64,000 nt of DNA from an uncultured archaeon (lineage in GTDB: Archaea; Thermoproteota; Nitrososphaeria; Nitrososphaerales; Gagatemarchaeaceae), in the NCBI GenBank assembly GCA_963817525.1, contig CAWFOU010000007.1, positions 416,001 to 480,000 on the forward strand, read 5' to 3'. Positions 48,976-56,286 of the stretch are shown here, one piece after another. Position numbers and translations under genes: made by a program. The notes below the pieces were generated by a model. That model did not search any database, had not been told where the DNA came from, and saw only the letters and a program-made list of their open reading frames with translations. Position 1 is the first letter of the stretch, and every line of letters starts with the position of its first letter.

Positions 48976-50318
48976 TCAGGCTAGATATGTCTTGCCGGGA
49001 GGGAAGGGCCGGTTCTGGTGAGTCCTCGTTTGGTTGACTCTACTAGTCCTCTGTTGAATTCCGTTTGGTGAGCGCGGCTTGTCTCCACGATTGCAAGAGC
49101 GATGGGTCACTTCACCGTTTGAAATCTCGGTCTTTCCCCCGTCGGTATGACGGTCCCTGTGGTTTGGCTCATAGTCCTCAAAGTTCTCGACTCTCTTACC
49201 GCAAATCGCACACACCTTGGTCGTTGACAAGTCCCAGATTATCCGCTTTTCTTCATCGTTGAACTTTCTCTTGGGGTCTCTCGCAATCAAGAACGGTAGA
49301 ACCAATCTTCGGACTACTCCTGTTCGGTTGATTCTTGCCTCTTTGTCGGTCGTGTGGAGTTGAATTGATTCAAAGAACTTGTTCGTCAAGTCATCCAAGG
49401 GTAGAACTTCCCCTTTCTTCGCGAGAGTTGCTTTGTCTACCCTGTGCGATAGTCCCAACAGCGCGTCGCGTATTTGCTGGTATCGCTCTGTCGGAAACTG
49501 GTATTCCTTTGTCAGTTCCGCAATCGCGAGAAATAGGGAATAGTATTCGGCCTTGTTGTGCCACCGCGTAGCCCGCAAGTCGCCGATTATGTCTTCGATT
49601 AGCTGTCTGCTATGGTTGAATCTCTTGCGTATCTCGTCTTGGTCTGAGAAGACATCATCGTGAAGTCGATAGTAGGCATCGATTGAATCTTGGTCTTTCT
49701 TATCGATACCATGCATCATGGCGATCAATATCTCGCTGATGAACTCCGCGTCGAGCATTCGACGAACATCGTTTGGAGTCATCACCTTGTTCTCAGTCCA
49801 ATATTCGTCATCGGCCAGTTGGTAGACGAGAGCATGGAAGAGACCACTGTAAGTAGCATGGCGTAGCTCCTGAGAGTTCAGGGGAACAACGTTCTTGTTA
49901 AGGCGACGAAAGACCTCTTTGACATCATCGTCGTTTGGTGTCTTTAGTTCTCTGACAACTAGTTTGTAATCCCAGAACTCCTTCTTCACTCCGTCTGGAA
50001 GTTCGTTGAAGTATTTCCCTCCAAACTCTCGGTTGTCTTCTTCGAGAATTACGAAGTCTTTGTTCACGAATCCAAGAATGGCTCTTATTCGCTGTTGTCC
50101 ATCAACGACGACGTAACGGGTATTCCCTTGTCGGTCTTCACTTGGAGGTATATTTCGGGGATGGGGAAATGATTGATTATCGTATCTATCAGGTAGGACT
50201 TGTTAGAGGTATTCCAGACTGGCTTGCGCTGAAATGGAGGCGCGATTTCGAGCCTTCCCTCAGTTTGCCATCTGACAAACTCGGTTATCCGGTGCGCGGT
50301 TGGAGGCTCGTTGTCCAA
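48976..50318 (-). pseudogene. DUF262 (GmrSD/ParB-like) + HNH endonuclease, frameshifted near 50125
   Basis: PPFQRKPVW...LIDTII..FPIPEIYL in one frame continues as NTRYVVVDGQQR...VFRRLN in the -1 frame; C-terminal CAICG...NH...GG.T..SN...HRSCN. Confidence 0.82.
49011..49071 (+). repeat. Left TIR (49011-49035) and sub-terminal repeat (49051-49071)
   Basis: GGTTCTGGTGAGTCCTCGTTTGGTT; CTGTTGAATTCCGTTTGGTGA. Confidence 0.85.
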
Positions 50319-50324
50319 GCAAGG

Positions 50325-50456
50325 TCAACTCTTGAGTGCTTTCTTAATGAGTCTTACTACGGTCTCGTTGTTGTTCTTGAGGTCATACTCTATCTTGTAT
50401 CTTAGGACATCCTTCCACGTTGCGTCGTCGATATCCAGAATCAGTTTCTTCGGCAT
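50325..50456 (-). CDS. 43-aa ribbon-helix-helix-like protein (absent from the ORF track)
   Basis: MPKKLILDIDDATWKDVLRYKIEYDLKNNNETVVRLIKKALKS; stop 6 nt before the DUF262 start. Confidence 0.72.
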   Translation of the reverse strand: MPKKLILDIDDATWKDVLRYKIEYDLKNNNETVVRLIKKALKS

Positions 50457-50539
50457 TAGCGACCATTAACAACCATTAATCGACAGGTATTTATAGATAA
50501 CTCGCCTAGGGTATTAATGACCGTTAATGATTGTTAGTG
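50454..50539. promoter_or_regulatory. Divergent promoter with a symmetric 3+3 operator array
   Basis: CATTA(G/A) at 50454, 50464, 50474; inverted TTA(A/G)TG at 50514, 50524, 50534; central TTTATA at 50490. Confidence 0.7.
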
Positions 50540-51678
50540 GTTCGACGCGGGAAGAACGGGGACGCGCAATCTTCGAGAGGGGAACTGAGGTCTCAAGGAT
50601 GGATGAGAACAGCTATTGGGTCAGGTCTCAATCAAGAGATGTAAGATATGATGTCTTTTCTACTGAGGGCGGTTGGAATTGCTCTTGCCCCGACTTCACC
50701 TATCGCAGAATAGAGTGCAAGCACGTAGTGGCTGTTCGCCTTTCTCTTGGAATCAGAGAAGAGGTCAAAGCACAACAGGCCCAAGTCAGGCAAATTGAGC
50801 AGATAGAGGCGAAGGCTTGCCTCGCTTGCGGCTCATCCAACCTGATGAAGTGGGGGGTAAGACACAACAAGGCGGGCGACATTCAGAAGTTCAAGTGCCG
50901 CGAGTGTGGGAGATTCTTCACAGTCAATATCGGCTTCGAGCGCATGAAGCATAATCCCAGGGCGATCACTGCCGCGATGCAACTCTACTTCTCTGGGGAA
51001 TCGCTGAGAAACACCAAGAGGTCTCTGGAGCTTCTAGGCGTGAAGGTTGACCACACGACAGTTTACGCCTGGATTAAGAAATACGTCAACCTAATGCAGA
51101 GATATACCGACAATATTGCGCCGAATGTCTCCGACACTTGGAGAGCCGATGAACTCTTCTTGAAGGTCAAAGGCGATTTGAAGTATCTTTATGCTCTGAT
51201 GGATGATGAGACGCGCTACTGGATTGCTCAGGAGGTTGCAGAGACAAAATACACGCATGATGTCCGCAAACTCTTCCAAAGCGCGAAGGAGATTGCAGGT
51301 AAGATTCCTCAAACTTTCATCACCGATGGCGCGAGTAGCTTCCACGATGCCTACCGCAAGGAGTTCCTTTCGCCCTACGGTGAGACCCCGAGCGCGGTTC
51401 ACATTCGAGACATCAGGTTCGACGGCTCGGTTCACAACAACAAAATGGAGCGCCTGAACGGCGAAGTCAGAGACCGCGAAAAGACCATGCGGGGGCTGAA
51501 AAGAATGGATACGCCTATCCTCAAAGGGACTCAGATTTACCACAATTTCATCAAGCCACACGAGGGCCTTGGAGGGAAGACTCCCGCAGAGGCCGCAGGA
51601 ATCAAAGTCGAGGGCGAGAACCTTTGGTTAACGCTGATTCAGAATGCCGCCAAGAAGGATTCTCGGAAGGAAGATTAA
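50527..51678 (+). CDS. IS6-related DDE transposase with N-terminal SWIM and Zn-ribbon domains
   Basis: WNCSCPDF..ECKH (SWIM), CLACG..FKCRECG, HTH (GVKVDHTTVYAWI), WRADE / ITDG / NNKMERLNG. Confidence 0.9.
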   Translation: MIVSGSTREERGRAIFERGTEVSRMDENSYWVRSQSRDVRYDVFSTEGGWNCSCPDFTYRRIECKHVVAVRLSLGIREEVKAQQAQVRQIEQIEAKACLACGSSNLMKWGVRHNKAGDIQKFKCRECGRFFTVNIGFERMKHNPRAITAAMQLYFSGESLRNTKRSLELLGVKVDHTTVYAWIKKYVNLMQRYTDNIAPNVSDTWRADELFLKVKGDLKYLYALMDDETRYWIAQEVAETKYTHDVRKLFQSAKEIAGKIPQTFITDGASSFHDAYRKEFLSPYGETPSAVHIRDIRFDGSVHNNKMERLNGEVRDREKTMRGLKRMDTPILKGTQIYHNFIKPHEGLGGKTPAEAAGIKVEGENLWLTLIQNAAKKDSRKED

Positions 51679-51715
51679 CAAGCCTTAAAGGCAACGGAAC
51701 ACTCTTCGGAATCTC

Positions 51716-51979
51716 ATGCGACCCTTGAAGGCAGGCGTTCTAGTGATTCTCGCCCTGTTTTCAATCGGTGCTTTTGCGCTACTTGTCCCGGTAATCCCAA
51801 CAACCGTCGGCTCTAACTTCCATTGCACTCCCCAACAATCAAACGACCTCGACTTTTCTTGGGGTCATGGAGGATGCTATTCTCAAGGCATGGCCTCATT
51901 GACTTGGTATGCGTTTGGGTATGGCGCTTACTTCACTCTCGGGTCGTATGTCCCGCCAATCCAAAGAGGCCAGCAGTAG
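51716..51979 (+). CDS. Small membrane-anchored passenger protein
   Basis: TM-LVPVIP..C...C..SLTWYAFGYGAYF; inside the transposon, with its own TATA-like CTTAAA at ~51685. Confidence 0.6.
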   Translation: MRPLKAGVLVILALFSIGAFALLVPVIPTTVGSNFHCTPQQSNDLDFSWGHGGCYSQGMASLTWYAFGYGAYFTLGSYVPPIQRGQQ

Positions 51980-52040
51980 ACCCATTACCGCTTACAGTTA
52001 ACGCCCTAACCCAGATGCCGAGGAGTTAAGAGAACACCAG

Positions 52041-52102
52041 TCGCCAAACGAAAATCAACAGTCACAGTCAGGAAGAAAACCAAACATAGACCCAACAGAA
52101 CC
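52041..52102 (-). repeat. Right sub-terminal repeat (52041-52061) and TIR (52078-52102)
   Basis: Reverse complements GGTTCTGTTGGGTCTATGTTTGGTT and CTGTTGATTTTCGTTTGGCGA. Confidence 0.85.
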
Positions 52103-52192
52103 GAAGGGCCCGCGCCGGAAGCGGGCCATTTTCTTCGTTAGAATTAACCTAACCAAATGCTTATACCCGCTCCTCTCGCATTTGCAGAGCTA

Positions 52193-53383
52193 ATGCAGTA
52201 CACGAGGGGGATTTCGACAGGGGCCGCTGCTGCGGCAATCATAGTGGTGGCCATTCTGGTGGGGGGAGGAGTGTACGCCGCCACTTCAAGCTCAGCAAAG
52301 ACCGTCACTTCGACGGAGACGATGTCGTCCTCCGGCGCGATGGCAACCACCACCGTGACGAGCACGATGATGGAGAGCGCGTCGGGAAGCTCCTCCGCAA
52401 TTCCTGAAGACCTCGTCGCCGCGTGCGCCGCCGAAGGCAACACTGTTACTCTTTACGACTCGTTCACCACCACGGCGAACGCGATAGTGGTGAAGGACTG
52501 GAACGCGGAGTTCCCGCAGATCACTCTGACCGCCACGCCCGGCCTGACCGCGGCCTCCGTCAACCAGATGGCGCTCACTCAGTATCAGGCGGGCAAGGTG
52601 CAGGCGGACGTCATCAGCAACGCGCTCGCCTCCCTGATGGCGCTGAACGGCTCGGGGGTGCTCGCGCCGTTCAACAACGTCGACGAGCAGCTCGAAGGGT
52701 ACACCCCTGGGTACACGATCGCGCCCGGCCTGATACACCCCTCGACCGAAGACATCGACCTGTTGGCCTACAACACTAAGCTGATTACCAGCACCGCGAG
52801 CCTGCCGACCACCATACAGGGCCTGGAGCAGTCCCAGTGGAGCGGCAAGATTGCCATCGATAACCCCTCGACCGGCAGCGTGGCGCCGGAGTACTTTGCG
52901 AGCTTCGAGCCCTCGTTGGGCAACGCCTCGTGGACTGCGGTCATGAAGGGGATAGCGGCGAACGACCCGATACTCACGACCGCAGGCTCGGCGTCGCTCT
53001 CTGACTTGGAGAGCGGTCAGGCGGAGCTCGCGGTGGTCTTGCTGAGCGCGTACAACACCGCGGTGGCCGCCGGGGACCCTGTAGCCGTGGTCCCAGGCTT
53101 CTACGGTCAGGCTCATGTGACCGGGATTTCGCTTGCCACGGACGCGCCCCAGCCGGCCTGCGGGCAGCTGCTCGTCGAGTGGTGGGCCTCCTACTCCGGG
53201 CAGGAGATGATAGTCCAGAGCGGCAGGGGAGCGCAGCTGCCCAGTGTGAGGGCCATCAACGCGACTCAAATCATAGGGTCACTCCCGTCTTCGACGACGG
53301 TCGAGCCGCCCTCCAACGTCCCCACCAGCTACTACACCGACAATCCCGGATGGCAAAGCTACTACGCGACCATATTCGGATAA
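52193..53383 (+). CDS. ABC substrate-binding protein (FbpA/AfuA-like) with class III signal peptide
   Basis: TRG|IS plus hydrophobic helix, S/T linker, AEG.VTLY, ADVI, AYNT, WSGKIAIDNP. Confidence 0.85.
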   Translation: MQYTRGISTGAAAAAIIVVAILVGGGVYAATSSSAKTVTSTETMSSSGAMATTTVTSTMMESASGSSSAIPEDLVAACAAEGNTVTLYDSFTTTANAIVVKDWNAEFPQITLTATPGLTAASVNQMALTQYQAGKVQADVISNALASLMALNGSGVLAPFNNVDEQLEGYTPGYTIAPGLIHPSTEDIDLLAYNTKLITSTASLPTTIQGLEQSQWSGKIAIDNPSTGSVAPEYFASFEPSLGNASWTAVMKGIAANDPILTTAGSASLSDLESGQAELAVVLLSAYNTAVAAGDPVAVVPGFYGQAHVTGISLATDAPQPACGQLLVEWWASYSGQEMIVQSGRGAQLPSVRAINATQIIGSLPSSTTVEPPSNVPTSYYTDNPGWQSYYATIFG

Positions 53384-53422
53384 GGTCAAAGGTCATAACG
53401 CGGTCGGGGTAGCTTAGACCGC

Positions 53423-55105
53423 TTGGCCAGAGCGCCCGTCATAATTTTTGTCGCGTTCTCGGTCTTCTTCGTCATCCCCCTCGTCTTCGTGGTCTGGGGG
53501 GCCTTCGTGCCCTCCTTCCTGTCGAAGAACGTCACCCTGAAGTTCGTTGAGCTCGCCTTCACCTCGGCGAAGACCGTGGTGGTCCTCCGCAACTCGCTGG
53601 AGCTCGCGGTGGGGAGCAGCGTCCTCGCGTTGACGATAGGGACGGTCTACGCAGGGCTGGTCGCCAGGACCGACATCCCCGGGAAGCTGTTCTTCACGTC
53701 GGCCACGACCGGCCGGCTCATCATCCCGATCCTCGGGGAGGCCTTCTCGTGGATACTCCTCCTCAGCCCTAGCATAGGGCTCATCAACGTGGGCGCCGAG
53801 GACCTCCTCGGGACGACCCATCCCATATTCAACATCTTCTCGATGGGGGGCCTCATCCTCGCGGGAGGGATAGGGGCGACCCCCTTCGCGTTCCTGGTCC
53901 TCGAGCCGGCCTTCCTAGCCATGAACAGCGCCTACGAAGAGTCCTCACGGGTCGCCGGCGTCGGCAGGCTACGGACGGCGCTGGGCGTGACGCTGCCCCT
54001 GGCCACGCCGGCCTTGGTCTCGGCCTTCCTCATCTCGTTCATCGGCTCGCTTGAGACCCTGGAGTACCCCCTCATCATCGGGACCAACGCGAGGATAACC
54101 ACCCTCTCGACCGAGGTCTACAACCTGGCGAACGCGAGCCAGTACTCGCTCGCCGCGGCCTACGGCCTGTTCTTCATCCTCGTGATCGTGATACTCCTGG
54201 CTGCATACCTCTGGGCAACGCGGAGGGCCTACCGCTTCCAGACAGTGGGGGGCCGCGGCTCGCAGCACACCGTGCTCGAGCTGGGGAGGTGGAGGTGGCC
54301 GGCGTTCTTCCTGCTGCTCATTCCCGTCATAATGTTCCTGTTCATGTCGCTTACCGTCCTGACGCTGGTCTCGCTCGTGAAGGTCTATACGGTGGTCGGC
54401 CACGCTAACCCCTTCACCTCGTTCACGCTCGCTAACTACGAGGCGGTGGTCAAGATCCCGCTCTTCTGGGAGGCGTTCAAGAACAGCATCATCCTGTCGT
54501 TCGGCGCGGGGGCCCTCACCACAATCCTCGGGGCGGTGATGTCTTACGTTCTGGTGAAGGGCAAGACGAGGGGGAGGAACATCCTGTATTTCATCAGCAA
54601 CCTGCCGCTCGCCTTCCCGGGCGTCGTCTACTCCATCGCCCTGCTCTGGACCTTCCTCCTCATACCCCTGGTCAACGAGTACGTCTACGGGACCATCTGG
54701 GTCATGCTCGTGGGCCTGGTGGTCATCTTCTCGCCCTTCGCCATCCGGCTCATCTCGCCGGGCCTCGCCCAGCTTTCGGACGAGCTCGAGGAGGCGGCCG
54801 CAGTCGCGGGGTCGTCCTGGTGGAGGAGGTTCAGGAGCGTGACCCTGCCGCTGCTGAGGGCCAGCCTGGTCAACTCGTTCGCCTACGTGATGCTCAACGC
54901 GTTCCGAGAGCTCGGGGCGGTGGCCCTCCTTTACAACGCGTCCTCGATACTCATTATAATCATCGCCCTCAGCTCGTACGACAACAGCGGGTCACTGCCT
55001 CAGACCGCGGCCATCTTCGTGATGATGATGCTATTCTCCGCCGCGGTCCTGGTGGTCACGCGGGTGATGTCGAGGCAGACCTTTAGGATGCAGACGCCGG
55101 TCTAG
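53423..55105 (+). CDS. FbpB-type fused ABC permease
   Basis: Two EAA loops (YEESSRVAG; LEEAAAVAG), ~12 TM segments. Confidence 0.9.
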   Translation: MARAPVIIFVAFSVFFVIPLVFVVWGAFVPSFLSKNVTLKFVELAFTSAKTVVVLRNSLELAVGSSVLALTIGTVYAGLVARTDIPGKLFFTSATTGRLIIPILGEAFSWILLLSPSIGLINVGAEDLLGTTHPIFNIFSMGGLILAGGIGATPFAFLVLEPAFLAMNSAYEESSRVAGVGRLRTALGVTLPLATPALVSAFLISFIGSLETLEYPLIIGTNARITTLSTEVYNLANASQYSLAAAYGLFFILVIVILLAAYLWATRRAYRFQTVGGRGSQHTVLELGRWRWPAFFLLLIPVIMFLFMSLTVLTLVSLVKVYTVVGHANPFTSFTLANYEAVVKIPLFWEAFKNSIILSFGAGALTTILGAVMSYVLVKGKTRGRNILYFISNLPLAFPGVVYSIALLWTFLLIPLVNEYVYGTIWVMLVGLVVIFSPFAIRLISPGLAQLSDELEEAAAVAGSSWWRRFRSVTLPLLRASLVNSFAYVMLNAFRELGAVALLYNASSILIIIIALSSYDNSGSLPQTAAIFVMMMLFSAAVLVVTRVMSRQTFRMQTPV

Positions 55106-55167
55106 GGTGCGCGCGACTGGCCGTTTCCGGGGCGCTCGCTCAAAATATATACCTCCGCGCGCCCGAT

Positions 55168-56280
55168 TTGCGCGTGTCCCTGAACGGGGCTGCGAAGATA
55201 CAGGTGGAGGACGTCGTCAAGCTCTACGGGAAGGTCGAGGCGGTCAAGGGGGTCTCGTTCACCGCCTCCGAGGGCGAGATCCTCGGGCTCCTCGGGCCTA
55301 GCGGGTGCGGGAAGACCACGCTCCTCAGGTGCATCGCGGGCCTGGAGCAGATCGACGGCGGGAAGATAATCCTCGAGGGGAAGGTCGTCACCTCGCCCGC
55401 CGACAAGATATTCGTCCCCCCTGAGAAGCGCCGCCTCGGGTTCGTATTCCAGAGCTACGCCCTCTGGCCCCACATGACGGTGAGGCAGAACATCGCCTAC
55501 GTCCTGACGGGCCTCTCGAAGGATCAGAAGAGCGAGAGGATCGCGGGTTCCCTAGAGCTCGTTGGGCTCCCCGACATCGGCGACCGCTACCCGTCCCAGC
55601 TCAGCGGGGGGCAGCAGCAGAGGGTGGCCCTCGCGAGGAGCGTCTCGTATCAGCCCAAGCTGCTGCTGCTAGACGAGCCCCTGAGCAACCTCGACCAGAA
55701 GGAGCGCGAGAGGGTCAGGGGGGAGCTCAGGACGCTCCTCAAGCGGATAGGGATAACGACCATCTTCGTCACCCACGACCAAGAAGAGTCCTTCGTCATC
55801 TGCGATAGGGTCATCCTCATGAACCTGGGAAAGATCGAACAGGAGGGCACGCCGGACGAACTCTACGCCTCGCCGGCTGACCTCTTCGTCGCCGAGTTCA
55901 TCGGCAGGGGGAACATACTGGGGGCCGAGGTCAAGGAGGTGGACGCGGCGACCCACACGGCGACCCTGAGAGTCCAGGACGTGGGCGCTGATCTCTCCTG
56001 TGAGTATGACGGGGATTTCCCCGCCAAGGTCTCTTCCATCGTGATAAGGCGCAACGAGATAAACCTCAGCAAGGCCAAGCCGAGCTTCAACGAGAACGTG
56101 CTGAGCGGGAAGGTGGTGTCAAGGGAGTACAGGGGGGCAGTCACGGACATCAAGATCCGCGTCGGAAGCGCCGACATCGTCGTGACGAAGCACAAGTTCG
56201 AGCCCGATTCGGACACCATCGACGGAGAGGCGATCTATCTCTATGTGCCTCCGCGGGCGATCAAGCCTGTGGCGGGCTGA
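55168..56280 (+). CDS. ABC ATP-binding protein (FbpC/PotA-like)
   Basis: GPSGCGKTT, LSGGQQQRVALAR, LLLDEPLSNLD, TOBE tail. Confidence 0.93.
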   Translation: MRVSLNGAAKIQVEDVVKLYGKVEAVKGVSFTASEGEILGLLGPSGCGKTTLLRCIAGLEQIDGGKIILEGKVVTSPADKIFVPPEKRRLGFVFQSYALWPHMTVRQNIAYVLTGLSKDQKSERIAGSLELVGLPDIGDRYPSQLSGGQQQRVALARSVSYQPKLLLLDEPLSNLDQKERERVRGELRTLLKRIGITTIFVTHDQEESFVICDRVILMNLGKIEQEGTPDELYASPADLFVAEFIGRGNILGAEVKEVDAATHTATLRVQDVGADLSCEYDGDFPAKVSSIVIRRNEINLSKAKPSFNENVLSGKVVSREYRGAVTDIKIRVGSADIVVTKHKFEPDSDTIDGEAIYLYVPPRAIKPVAG

Positions 56281-56286
56281 GCTCGG

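Larger units (their letters stand above)
49011..52102. mobile_element. IS6-related unit transposon with passenger genes (3,092 bp)
   Basis: 25-bp TIRs starting GGTTCTG (20/25 identical), 8-bp direct repeat GAAGGGCC at 49003-49010 and 52103-52110, DDE transposase inside, AT-richer than the flanks. Confidence 0.9.

Noticed and set aside
50115-50135. Programmed -1 frameshift
   Set aside because: No canonical slippery heptamer (C AAG GGA) and no obvious stimulator; a mutation or assembly error is more likely.
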